This document shows positions 50,301 through 61,360 of a stretch of DNA of 64,000 nucleotides, one piece after another. Source of the stretch: Candidatus Bathyarchaeota archaeon. Its GTDB lineage: Archaea; Thermoproteota; Bathyarchaeia; Bathyarchaeales; Bathycorpusculaceae. The translations under genes and the position numbers were made by a program. Positions within the stretch are counted from its first letter, which is position 1. Every line of letters starts with the position of its first letter. Below the pieces are notes generated by a model. It ran no database searches, was not told the DNA's origin, and was given only the letters and a program-made list of their open reading frames with translations. Location: contig CAWABA010000006.1 of the NCBI GenBank assembly GCA_963780185.1, positions 448,001-512,000 of the forward strand, read 5' to 3'.

Positions 50301-53300
50301 TTGCTTTTTGCTTCAATGGAGAGGAGTATCGTGCGTACTAAAAAAGTTATGTTAGTTGTGACTCTAATCTGCGTTTTTTCAAGTTTATGCTTAATCGCTT
50401 CATTTAGCCATGTTCTAGGCTCCCAAGGCGTTGCACCGTCAGATTGGCCGATGTTCCACTATGACCTCTCACACGACGGCTACACAACGGAGTCGACTGG
50501 TCCAATGACGAACAATGTGCTTTGGACCCACCCGCTTAACGGTTTTGTAACCTCGGCTCCCGTCGTATCAGGTGGGGTAGTGTACATTGGCTTGGGAGAC
50601 GGATTATACGCCTTCAACGCCTACACTGGAAGCCAAATCTGGCGTTACCAGAACACAGCGGAAAATCCAGCTGACCCAGCCTTCTACCAATGTTGCGTTA
50701 GCGGCGGCGTAGTTTATGCAGGTTCATACGACGGCCAACTATACGCTTTGAACGCCAATACCGGTGCTAAAATTTGGAGTTACCAGACCAGTGGCGGCGC
50801 TGGCTACGAGAGCCAATATGCCGGTGATGTAAGTCAGGCTCCATGCGTTGTCGGCAGCGTAGTTTACTTCGCAGCAGATAACGGGTACGCTTACGCATTA
50901 AATACCGCAAATGGCAATCAGATATGGAGTTCCCAAGTTCCCGGCTCCTACGTATCAGGCGGAATATACACTGTTTATGCTCCTTCTTCGCCTACAGTTG
51001 TGGGCGGTGTCCTCTACATTGGTTCAGCCGGCGGCGCTTTAGACGCTTTTGACGCCTCAAGCGGGACCGAACTTTGGAGTTACTCGACTAGCGGCGCACA
51101 AGGTGTCACATCAACTCCTGCCGTCGTTGGCGGAGTCGTTTACTTTGGTTCTTCTGATAGCAAAGTGTATGCTTTGGCTGCTGGAACAACCTCCTCCACA
51201 GGGACCTCTTTGGCGTGGAGTTACACGACGGGTGGCGCGGTCCGGTCTTCTCCCGCTGTGGCTAACGGGGTAGTGTACATCGGCAGCACAGACGGCAAAC
51301 TCTATGCTCTTAACGCTAATACTGGCGCTAAAATTTGGAGTTACCAGACACCCATGAACCCGACTAATCCAGGTGTCTACAACTGGGTTGATTCTTCCCC
51401 TGCCGTGGCTAACGGAGTGGTTTACTTTGGTTCAGAAAACTATGACGTCTACGCTTTGAATGCTGCTTCAGGTGCACTAATTTGGAGTTACCAAACTCCG
51501 TATGTTGAGCCTTCTTGTCCCGCTATCGCTAGTGGCGTACTGTACATCGGAGGCTATGGCGTATTCGCCTTCGACGGTGTCTCCGCGTCTATTTCTCCAA
51601 GCAGCAGCCGCGTTATGGATGTTGGGCAATCTCAAACTTTCACGCTTTCTGCTTCAGGGGGTTCAGGTTCCCTGAGTTATGAATGGTACGTTAACGGCGC
51701 CGACACTGGACAAACAGGCTCCACCTACACCTTCAACGCTGTGACTTCAAACGTTGGAACCGACAACATTTACGCGGTCGCCACAGACGGTTTGGGTGTG
51801 ACTGGGCAGTCTAACACTGCGACCGTAACGGTGAACGCCGCTCCAAGCGCCACGGTGTCTCCCAGTTCAAGCGCGGTGGATTGGCGTGACGGTCACCAGA
51901 TAACCTATACGGTTACCCCATCGGGCGGCTCAGGCAAACTGAGCTATCAATGGTACCAGGACAACTCACAAATAGACGGACAAACAAGCACCACATACCT
52001 AAGTTATGCTTCCTACAACAGTGTTGGCTCACACACCGTTTACTGCACAGTAACCGACAGCGCCACAACCCCAGTCACAGCCAACTCAAACACCGCTGAC
52101 TTCACAGTGAACCCACAACTCAGCGTAACCGTTTCGCCCAGCTCCGCAACCACTCCCTCGTCCGTCACCGTTGACCCAGGTCAATCAGCCACCTTCACCG
52201 CCACGCCCTCGGGAGGCTCAGGCGCCTACACATACCAATGGTACGTTGATAGCTCGGCGCAGGGAACCGTAACATCCTCTAATACTCTCAGCTACAGCAC
52301 AACTACACCTGGACAACACAACGTTTGGGTAGGAGTGTACGACGGCATAAGCACAGCGAGCTTCTACAGCACCGCAAACCTCAACGTTAACTACCCGCCC
52401 TCCGCGACCATTTCGCCATCCTATGCTAATATAGACGTCGGACAGCAACAACAATTCTCTATCTCATCCATGACTGGCGGTGAGTGGCCATTCACTTACG
52501 AATGGTACGTTAACGGAGTCGACACAGGACAATCAGGCTACACGTTCACCTATACTGCCCAAGCCTCAGACGTCAGCAGCCCACCAACCATCACCGTGGT
52601 ACCCACCGACAGCTTCGGCTTAGCAGGAGACTCAAACAGCGTAACCTTGACGGTGTACCCAGCCCTGAGCGTATCCATCACGCCTGCCTCATGGACGATG
52701 AACGTTAGGCAACTGCAAACGTTCCTGGCTTCCTCTTCCGGCGGCACAGGAACAACAACCTACGAGTGGTGGGTTAACGGTGTTGACAGCGGAATGTCAG
52801 GGGCAACTTTCGACTACACCGCCCAACCCTCCGACGTCAACAGTCCACCAAGCATCTACGCGGTTGCAACCGACACCGCCAACGGACAAGCAACCTCCAA
52901 CACCGTAGCAGTCACGGTTAACCCAGCGGAAAACGTAGGTTCAACTGCAGGCGCCTCAGCCCCCGTAACAAGCGGCTCAGTAACAGTTGACCAATCGGCG
53001 TCGACGGGCGTCTCCGCAACGGTCACGGGAACCTCACTGCAAAACGGCGAAACCTTGGATGTTAACTCCGCCTACTATGGCAGCAACCAGCCGTCGGGCA
53101 CGGGCGCGGTTTCCGTAGGCGGCGCAGTTTTCTTTGATGTCGCTGTGTCGCAGGCAGGAGGCGCAGCCTTAGGCTCCGACGTTACAGTCACGGTTAGCTT
53201 CACTGACCCCAGCATAACCAGCTCCAGCGTCATCCAATACTGGGACAGCGCCAGTAGCAGTTGGGTGCAGGTCGTGACGACCTTCGCCGCTCCAGATACC

Positions 53301-54044
53301 GTGTCAGGAAGCATCCCCGCCGACGACTTAACCGGCACCACAATCGCAGTCGGCTACTCCTCTAATGTCCCCAGTGTCACTGTTTCCCCAAGCACTTGGA
53401 CTATGGATGTTGGACAGGCTCAAACGTTCACAGCAACAGCCTTTGGCGGTTCAGGTTCATACACGGGTTACCAGTGGTATGTGAATGGGGCTGCTCAGAA
53501 TGGCCAGACGGCATCAACGTTTAATTATTCTTCTGGTTCCGCGGGTTCTTACTCGATTACTGCGACGGTCACTGACAGTTCAAGCACGACTTCGGCTCAA
53601 TCCACCGCTACAACGGTTACGGTGAATGCTGCTCCGACTGTAAGCATCGCTCCTGCTGGTTCGCTCTCTTTGAATGTTGGTCAGGTTCAGGCGTTTACTG
53701 CTACTGTTTCTGGCGGTTCTGGCTCCATCTCTTATCAGTGGTATTTGGATGGGGCTGCGGTTGGCTCTAACAGTGCAAGCTACTCTTATACTGCTGCGGG
53801 GACTTCGCATACGGTTACTTGTCAGGTGACCGATAGTGCATCCGCTCCGGTGACCTCTCCTGTTTCCAACGTGGTTTCTGTCACGGTGTCATCTGCCATT
53901 CCAGAGTCTCCCGAACTATTGCTAGGAATTGCGTTGGTTTTCTCAACAATCATAGCCTTGTCGGGGTTATCACTGAAAAGAAGAAAACAACCATGTAAAA
54001 TCCAAGGTGTCCTTATTCGAAAAAACCAGCATGGGAAACAATAG
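50301..54044 (+). CDS. Large surface protein: PQQ-type beta-propeller + PKD/Ig-like repeats + PE-TM-basic anchor
   Basis: DWPMF, repeated SSPAVANGVVYxGS..LYALNA.TG..IWSY, repeated SGGSG.YxWYVNG, IPESPE + TM + KRRK. Confidence 0.92.
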   Translation: MLFASMERSIVRTKKVMLVVTLICVFSSLCLIASFSHVLGSQGVAPSDWPMFHYDLSHDGYTTESTGPMTNNVLWTHPLNGFVTSAPVVSGGVVYIGLGDGLYAFNAYTGSQIWRYQNTAENPADPAFYQCCVSGGVVYAGSYDGQLYALNANTGAKIWSYQTSGGAGYESQYAGDVSQAPCVVGSVVYFAADNGYAYALNTANGNQIWSSQVPGSYVSGGIYTVYAPSSPTVVGGVLYIGSAGGALDAFDASSGTELWSYSTSGAQGVTSTPAVVGGVVYFGSSDSKVYALAAGTTSSTGTSLAWSYTTGGAVRSSPAVANGVVYIGSTDGKLYALNANTGAKIWSYQTPMNPTNPGVYNWVDSSPAVANGVVYFGSENYDVYALNAASGALIWSYQTPYVEPSCPAIASGVLYIGGYGVFAFDGVSASISPSSSRVMDVGQSQTFTLSASGGSGSLSYEWYVNGADTGQTGSTYTFNAVTSNVGTDNIYAVATDGLGVTGQSNTATVTVNAAPSATVSPSSSAVDWRDGHQITYTVTPSGGSGKLSYQWYQDNSQIDGQTSTTYLSYASYNSVGSHTVYCTVTDSATTPVTANSNTADFTVNPQLSVTVSPSSATTPSSVTVDPGQSATFTATPSGGSGAYTYQWYVDSSAQGTVTSSNTLSYSTTTPGQHNVWVGVYDGISTASFYSTANLNVNYPPSATISPSYANIDVGQQQQFSISSMTGGEWPFTYEWYVNGVDTGQSGYTFTYTAQASDVSSPPTITVVPTDSFGLAGDSNSVTLTVYPALSVSITPASWTMNVRQLQTFLASSSGGTGTTTYEWWVNGVDSGMSGATFDYTAQPSDVNSPPSIYAVATDTANGQATSNTVAVTVNPAENVGSTAGASAPVTSGSVTVDQSASTGVSATVTGTSLQNGETLDVNSAYYGSNQPSGTGAVSVGGAVFFDVAVSQAGGAALGSDVTVTVSFTDPSITSSSVIQYWDSASSSWVQVVTTFAAPDTVSGSIPADDLTGTTIAVGYSSNVPSVTVSPSTWTMDVGQAQTFTATAFGGSGSYTGYQWYVNGAAQNGQTASTFNYSSGSAGSYSITATVTDSSSTTSAQSTATTVTVNAAPTVSIAPAGSLSLNVGQVQAFTATVSGGSGSISYQWYLDGAAVGSNSASYSYTAAGTSHTVTCQVTDSASAPVTSPVSNVVSVTVSSAIPESPELLLGIALVFSTIIALSGLSLKRRKQPCKIQGVLIRKNQHGKQ

Positions 54045-54469
54045 TGGACACACGGTTATAGCGTAGGAAAATTGAGTTGATAAATGTGAGATATTATGAA
54101 TGAAAAGCAAGAATTAGAACCCATTAATTTGCTAAAAGATAATTCCAAAAAAAACTTAATCAATCGATGAAAAGTTGGACAGTATAATCCATTTAAATCC
54201 TCAACCTTTGCCACCATAGAAATTGTTTGCTGACATCCCGACAAGCGCTTGAATAATCGATCTTTGGGGATGCAACAAAACAACTTCTTATCACCCATCA
54301 TTCAATAACACTACTTTACAAGAAAAAAGCAGACGAAAAACACGAACTCGGCTGCGTTAGAAACTGAAGCATTGAACGAAAGCCTCAGGCACAAGAACAT
54401 TGACAAAATGCGTAACAGAACCCTTATACCTAAACCTGCACTAAAGAGGCAACATTTGAGGAAGAAGAT

Positions 54470-54646
54470 ATGGCGGAAGAGGGAAACAACAACCATTTCT
54501 ACAAGTGCCCCCACTGCGCATGCGTATTCTTAACTTCGGCTGACCTGCAGAAACACATGAACCGCTTCGGCGACCGCAAAGAAGAACACGAATTTTCTTA
54601 CCGCAAAACACACGGAAGACTAGAACACGGGTACGGAGAAGAGTAA
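54470..54646 (+). CDS. C2H2-like zinc-finger microprotein (58 aa)
   Basis: Not in track. MAEEGNNNHFYKCPHCACVFLTSADLQKHMNRFGDRKEEHEFSYRKTHGRLEHGYGEE. Confidence 0.75.
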   Translation: MAEEGNNNHFYKCPHCACVFLTSADLQKHMNRFGDRKEEHEFSYRKTHGRLEHGYGEE

Positions 54647-54694
54647 ACTCACGCTAAAAGTCTTTATAGCAATTCCACGTAAGAATAACCTTAA

Positions 54695-54995
54695 ATGAAA
54701 TCGCTAAAACAAATTAAACTGCAGCTAGGAAGCTTTAAAGCCGGCACTAGCAGATCGTTTTTCAGTTCAAACCCTCGAGTTATTCGGCTCTTATGTTCGA
54801 GGGGAACAAACTGAAAAAAGCGACATAGATATTCTTGTTACATTTGAAGAGCCAAACGATGTTGACCTTTTTAAATTCATTGAGTTGAGGCTTTTTCTTA
54901 AAGACGAACTAGGCATTGATGTTGATTTAACTGAAAAGGACACTGTTAAACCCAGAATTAAAGCAAGGGTTCTTGAAGAGGCAGTTAAGATTTGA
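54695..54995 (+). CDS. Minimal nucleotidyltransferase (MNT) antitoxin (frameshift near 54728)
   Basis: Not in track. LFGSYVRGEQTEKSDIDILV...LGIDVDL...KPRIKARVLEEAVKI. Confidence 0.85.
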
Positions 54996-55030
54996 AAAAA
55001 GACTATACAATCTACTTAGAGGGCACGTAA
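54992..55030 (+). pseudogene. Stub of a HEPN/DUF86 toxin gene
   Basis: TTG overlapping the MNT stop; reads MKKDYTIYLEGT then stop, like DUF86 N-termini. Confidence 0.55.
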
Positions 55031-55146
55031 TTTTTCAACCTTTCGAAAGGGCAATTTTTCATTTGCTTCGAACATGCTTTCACCATGCTTTTGGAACCGA
55101 AACCTCTAAATGCAGTCACATAACTATTTTTTCGAAAGCTCAGCTT

Positions 55147-55221
55147 GGGCCGGTAGATCAGCTCGGTATGATCGCCGCGTTCGCAACGCGGAAGCCGCGG
55201 GTTCAAATCCCGCCCGGTCCA
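55147..55221 (+). tRNA. tRNA-Ala(CGC)
   Basis: GGGCCGG acceptor with G3:U70, CCGCG-TTCGCAA-CGCGG arm, GGTTCAAATCC; CCA not encoded. Confidence 0.95.
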
Positions 55222-55306
55222 TAATGCGGTCTGAACCCGTTTCGGTTCAAATCCCACAGAGCCGCAAACCCTTAAAAATGTCAAGTAAACATGGGAAAAA
55301 TCCGAT

Positions 55307-56037
55307 CTATTCTCTTGCTTCTTCAAGAAATCTTCGTTGTAAGACTATTCCTGAGTCGTTGAGGATCTGAATTAGTTGCTTTTCAGGTTCTATTATTGCA
55401 TAGTGACGTTCTTGTTGAGAGCTATCTATTCTAACCACCGTCGTTGGTCCGATTGGGGAAACGGTGTATCCACAGTCGAGATGGAGATGACCGCTTAATG
55501 CGAGATTAGGTTTACTAACTTCTACCGCTTTTCGTGCTGCTTCTGTTCCCACTGTTCGGGTTATCCTGTCTCCATAATCAGGCAGCACAGGACTTTCATG
55601 AGTGCATAAGACATTGACGTCTCTAAGACATTCAGCAATTTGCACAAAAAGAACTGAGAAGTCTTTCTTGGAACGCCTTCTTTTTCAGAGTGCTTTTCAT
55701 TGACTATTCCATTGATGAAACCGAACCGCAATCCGCATATTTCCCTAATCTCCCCATCTTCAGCCAAGACCTTGGAACCATCAACATTTCTTAAAGATCT
55801 TAGCAAATGGAAGTTGTCATGGTTCCCATAAACGGCATGAATCTCAACCTTCTCAAGAAGCTCTTCCCAATCTTCACGTTTCCACGCATAACCCCAATCA
55901 CCTAAACCCACCAAAACTTCTGGTTGCGTTTTGTCTACGATCTTATGCAGCCATTTGAGAGACATTGATTGATCAACTCCCTTATGCAAACCCATTTCGA
56001 AGTGAAGATCGCTAATTACCAAAATCCGATTAGCCAT
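55307..56037 (-). CDS. Calcineurin-like metallophosphoesterase (frameshift near 55645)
   Basis: SDLH, GD, GNHD, THESP, GHLH across two ORFs. Confidence 0.88.
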
Positions 56038-56182
56038 AATTGGATATTTTAAATTAATCCAAATATATGATTTGTTAATCAGAATAGAATGCTAAATTGT
56101 TACTGAACGGAGCCATTTTCTTTGAAAATGCTAAAGCATGCTATATCTGATTTTTATATTGAATAGAGACACTTGATAACGT

Positions 56183-56796
56183 ATGTTTGAGTACCTGTAG
56201 CTTTGTTGCCGCCATTGCCACGTTGTTCGCCGCATTTGCCTACATATGCTCGATGTTTAGAGGCAGCGCTAAACCTAACAGAATATCTTGGCTTATGCTG
56301 TGCTATCGCTCCTTTCATCGCAACTGCAGCCGCTGTATCCACTGGTGTTGGTTGGTCAGTTTTACCAGTGTTCATGTCTGGTTTTGCACCATTTCTAATA
56401 TTTACTGCTTCGTTTTCTACCAAGAAAGCCAATTGGAAACTCACGACATTTGACTATGTCTGCGGAATAGTCTCAGGGCTTGCCTTAGTCCTTTGGTACT
56501 TCACTAAGGACGCCAATGTTGCAATTGTTTTCGCAATAGCCAGCGACGGAATAGCTTCTATACCAACTCTAACAAAGGCAGTTAGATATCCAGATACGGA
56601 GTCAGCTTGGCCATTCATAACAGGTGCCTTTGGAGCAATCTCAAGTTTTGCGGTTGCGAGACTTTGGACCTTCTCGGAATATGCCTTTCCAGCATACTTA
56701 CTGATAATAAATGTTGCACTCTTTTCGTCAATTTATAGTAAACAATTGATCTCACTGTTGAAAAGTCTAACCCGATCCAGGTCAAACAATAAATAA
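56183..56796 (+). CDS. Multi-TM hypothetical membrane protein (two apparent frameshifts)
   Basis: MFEYL / FVAAIATLF...KPNRISWLM / IAPFIA...IPTLTKAVRYPDTES pieces join into one hydrophobic protein. Confidence 0.65.
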
Positions 56797-57115
56797 ATCT
56801 GAACAAGAGAGTTCAGCCTTTGGCTTGACTTTCTTCAAATTCCACGCAATCAAAACATCAAAATAGGTTAAGTTCTTTTTTGACCACGTGCAAGATTTTG
56901 AGTTATAACTGGTTACCCAGAAGGAAAAAGGATGTCTGAAACTAAAATTCAACTGCAAGAGAATAATGAAATTGCTCAGACTTGAAAAAACCAACTTTGC
57001 TGAGAATCGCCAACATATTAAAAGGGAAACTGCTAAGCCCGATAACAATTAAAATTTTTACAAATTATGCAATTCAGATCTTTCCTAAGATAATTGTCTT
57101 CTTTAATACGTGTCT

Positions 57116-58224
57116 TCAAAAGATTAACTCGGTGCATTTTTCAATAGGATGTGCGTCTATGTCGATATCGTTTCGTTTAATGATACCTTTTTTCAGCATT
57201 TCCTCGATAGATGGTATTACATTCTTTGAGCAAATTTACTGCGATTCTCTCCAAATCACAGTAGAAATGTAGTTTTTCGTCTGGATAGTATAACAACTGA
57301 GGCAAGCATCTACCGCCGCAGACAAAGCGTATTTCGCAATCTACACAGTCCTTTCTAAAATCTAAGCATTTTGATTTATCAGGAAATTGGACTCCGGTGA
57401 AGATACTTCCAACTTTAAACTCTTGTTTTCCAAGTAACTTATCACACATATAGCATTGTCCATCGGTATCTACATAAACGATCGATGAACCAACTCCGCA
57501 TCATAGGGCGATCTTCGCTCAATCTTTGGAATAATAATGCGCTAACTATAGCTTGAAATGGTACAATATTTTTTACGATTCCTTTTCGCATTTCGTCCAT
57601 CCAATACTGAATAAGTTCCTTTAAATCATAAGCAAAGTGATTCTTGAATTCTCCTAAAAGTCCAGATGATGGCGTTAAAGCATCATTTTCGATCTGACAG
57701 TATACATAATCAAATGAATTAATTACTCCTAGGATAGCTCTGGAGATAGAGGCGTTATAAGAAAGTGGTATTGTTATTCTTGCTAATATTGATGCTTTTG
57801 TGAGAGGTTTAATTTCTAAAACATTTTTCATTATTGCATCAAAAGACCCTTGACCTCCTCGATAGTTGTCTTGAATGTTTAGGTCGCCGTCTATTGAAAC
57901 AAAGATATAATCTAAACTTTTTAGAATTTGAGAATCTACTTGATTAAGAAGGGAACCGTTTGTATGGAGCAGATACTTTAAGCCTTGGCCTTGAGTCTTG
58001 GCCATAAAATCTCGAATAAAACTTTGGTCCATTAGCGGCTCTCCGCCATAAAACACAATCGTCTTCTCTTCATTTTTACAATGCTTGTCTGCTAGGACGT
58101 AATTAACCGTTTCATGAATATTAGGAGTGGTTTTGGATGACCCTGATTGCTTGGCTATAGATAGAACGTCACAATACTTGCACTGGTAATTACAATTCTT
58201 CGTTACATAAATGTAATATTCCAC
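57116..58224 (-). CDS. Radical SAM/SPASM protein, AF0577-like (frameshifts near 57500 and 57215)
   Basis: CNYQCKYC, FYGGEP, TNG, SIDG; then CGVG..YVDTDG.CY.C and CVDC...CGGRC...YC; tail ...EKCTELIF. Confidence 0.85.
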
Positions 58225-58229
58225 TTAAT

Positions 58230-59370
58230 TCATTGCACTCCTTCCCAACTCTCTTCTAGCAGTTTCTTCAGTCCTGTAAAACTTATTGGAGCCGGATTAA
58301 TTTTTGGAAGCAAATACTCGTACTGTCTTTGTTCAAAAATGATTTTCGCTGTTTCCTCAAGAGCTCCATAAGGCACTCCCATACGTTTGTAGCCACCTTC
58401 CAAACCCAAGATTTTCACCAAAGCTTTCAAACTCGGAACAACAGAAAATTCGTTAGCTAAGCCAAACCGTTGCGCTAGATACCTTAACCTTATGCGGCTA
58501 GCCTCTAGATTGAACTCTACCATGAATGGTAGAACGGCTGCCACTGCTTTTCCATGTGGGATTCCAAATTTTGGACCTATTATCTCGGCGATACAATGAC
58601 CTATATTTACGTCTGCAGGAGTACTTGTCGCTACTCCAGACAGCGAAGCAGCTAATGACATACCATCTAAAGCTTCATCATCCTCTCTATTTTCAATTGC
58701 TCTTTCGAGCCAGCGAAAACATAGTTCTGCAGCAGTGGTGGCAAACATGTTAGAAAAAGGGGTAGCCAACAAGGATAAGTAAGCCTCAAGACCTGTTGAA
58801 AGAACATCAATTCCACTAAAAGCTGCCACTTCTTTTGGGCAAGACCGAGTGAGTTGAGAGTCAACAATTGCAACATCGGCGACCACATCATCACCGCAGA
58901 CAAAGTGTTTCATGCCGTCATCGCCTTCTATGACTGCAGATGATGACATTTCACTTCCTGAACCTGCAGTTGTAGGAATAAGAATCTTGCGAAGAGGCGG
59001 GGCTTTCCTCATTGAGGTAAAGTAGTCCGTTATTAGTCCTTCGTTAGTTGCCATTATGGACGCAACTTTTCCAATGTCGAGAGTGCTGCCGCCACCTAAT
59101 GCGATAATCGAATCGAACCTACTTTCCCTGAACTTTTTCTGTGACCATCGAGGCTAATTGTATTGTCGGCTCGCCTAAGAATCCGGAGAAGACTTCCGCC
59201 CTTGAAGGCATCTTTTGCAACAACAGATCACAGAGACCAGTTTTACGTACTCCCTCATCGCTTATTATAAGTGGATTGTTTAACTTTAGTTGATTCATTA
59301 CATCTGTGACTTTGTTAATGGCACCCTGACCAAATATGAAAAGTTTGGGTTGTTGAGACTCAAGTATCAT
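58230..59370 (-). CDS. Iron-containing alcohol dehydrogenase family protein (frameshift near 59135)
   Basis: FGQG, GEPT, IALGGGSTLDIGK (shifted frame), IPTTAGSGSE, PHG. Confidence 0.88.
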
Positions 59371-59635
59371 AGTTAAAATGGATTGATTAAATTGCTTATA
59401 CGCATTACTTTCCTTGGGAGTTCTAATTTAACAACTCATGGCGCAAGTTGGCTTATCTAATTCAGTTAAATCTTTATTTAATTTATTCTAAACCTTTGAA
59501 GTTGATGTTGATAACAGAATCATCTTTCATTATATCCAAAGATTGTAATATTTTGAAGATAATTACGACTAATGGCTTTAGTATAGTTAAAGTATCTAAA
59601 AACTTATAATCAACTTCAAATCAAAGGATTAATTC

Positions 59636-61295
59636 ATGTCCTCACTTCCCTTCGAAGTTGCCTCAGGCGGATATGTTTTAGGGATAGGATTCGATCTTTT
59701 AGGTCGACTTAGAAAAAACATAACAATATCGTGGAAAGATTTCTCGGCGCATTTATCGGACACTCCTCTCGACGAAATCAAATGTGAACAAATTCGCGAT
59801 TTTTCGCCCCAGCTTGCTCGTTTTAATATTCAGGAATTTGCTATGCAGAAAGCAATTAGAGAATGGCCGGATGAGTTTTTGTTAAGACTTTACAGGCGAA
59901 AGAACCTAGTAATGACAGAAAAGGGCTTGAAAGGTTATGTTACCATAAAAATATTTGACGAAGACATAACTTTATATGACCTTCTTTCTAACCGAATATG
60001 CGATAGAAAAGTTATTCAATATTCGGATGATTTTGAGCAAGTTAGGGATTATCCTTTTGTAAAAGGAAAGGAACACAAAATAGACAGTTCCTTCAAGACG
60101 AGAATTAGAGTTTATTTACATATTAATCTTAAAGAAAAAGGCACATCTCGTGATGACTGGGAGGTTTCACGAGTCGCGAACATATCAGCTTTTGTCGAAC
60201 ATATGCCGGCAAAGGGCGAATCCTTTGATTACCACACATTTCTGAAGAACATTCGTTCTTTTTACGTAAGCTTAAATGATAACAACATTAGGAATTTGAT
60301 TAGGAAGGAAGAAATAGGTCTCTTACGAACTCACTTGCTGCAAGGCGAGTTTAGACCTCCGGAATTCCCCGAGGAGACGCCCTTGTTTGATCTTTATAGC
60401 TTTCTCGCTTACATCGCCTGGGCAAACGTCATTAAGAAAACTAGAGAATTAGTTATTGAAAAAAGCCGAATAGTGTCCAAGAAAGATGATTACTCTAAAG
60501 AATACCTTGATCTAAAACCTTTCATTCAAACGTTGCAAGAATCTAGAACCTGATGCTTCATTTGAGATAGTGAGTATCAAACTTCTCAAAACGCCTCCCC
60601 AATTTGGCTCGCTATCTTTGAAAGAATCCTCGCAAGATTGGGTAAATTTCGTAACAGATTTTTTGGTTGATACAAAAAATGTCACTGGTTCATACTTGGA
60701 GGGAATTCGGAGAAAGGTCAAGTGTGAAACAATTTTCACGAGTCAAAATGAATACTTTTTTGAGAATAATGCCTTATACTTTTCCAATTTTGACGAAGAT
60801 CCAGATGAGGCTTTCTATCAAGATTTCAGGGTTGATTTTGAAGAATGGGGACACAGGAGTTCTCGTAGCTGGGCAATCATGCTCGTTGATATGCTTTGCT
60901 CTTTATCAGAGACTTTCCTTCTTCATAATGCAGAAATTGAAAAGCATGTGGATGACAATCAGAAGATACCGAAAATGCGGTGGCTTGCCCAAAAAACAAT
61001 TGGTAAAGACCAAGCATCTGAGATGCGAAGACTCACTCAAGAAGCAATGAAAGACTTTCGCTCATACTATGATGTCGATATTCTAGCTAATTCGTTCTAT
61101 AAAGAAAGCTTTGAAACAGCTAAATTTACGTTTAAAATAGACTCTTATTATAAAAGGTTGCAGGAAAGACTAGAGTTGTTTTCAAATTTTGAAATAGCTT
61201 CTGAAAATGCGTCATTAAACAAAAGAATACTGTTATTGACCATTTTAGTCACTGTAATTGGCGTGTTAGAATTACTCTTTTCTCTTTTGAAATAA
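59636..61295 (+). CDS. Hypothetical protein with CorA/DUF155-like C-terminal helix-TM (two ORFs, probably one frameshifted gene)
   Basis: Frame of the 60570 ORF is open from 60516, overlapping the first ORF; ends in a long helix and LNKRILLLTILVTVIGVLELLF. Confidence 0.55.
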
Positions 61296-61360
61296 TGGAT
61301 GAAAAAGATCAAATGAATAAACATCATATCATAACATGATTTCAGGATCCGTGGGTCGAC

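Noticed and set aside
50700-53850. Internal DNA repeats in the large surface-protein gene as a DGR or shufflon
   Set aside because: They match ordinary propeller-blade and PKD domain repeats; no reverse transcriptase or recombinase nearby.
9936-61295. Frameshifts in about ten genes as programmed frameshifting or mass pseudogenisation
   Set aside because: Mostly single extra bases in short runs, in unrelated genes with otherwise intact motifs and no shared slippery site; best explained by long-read consensus errors. Read mapping would decide.
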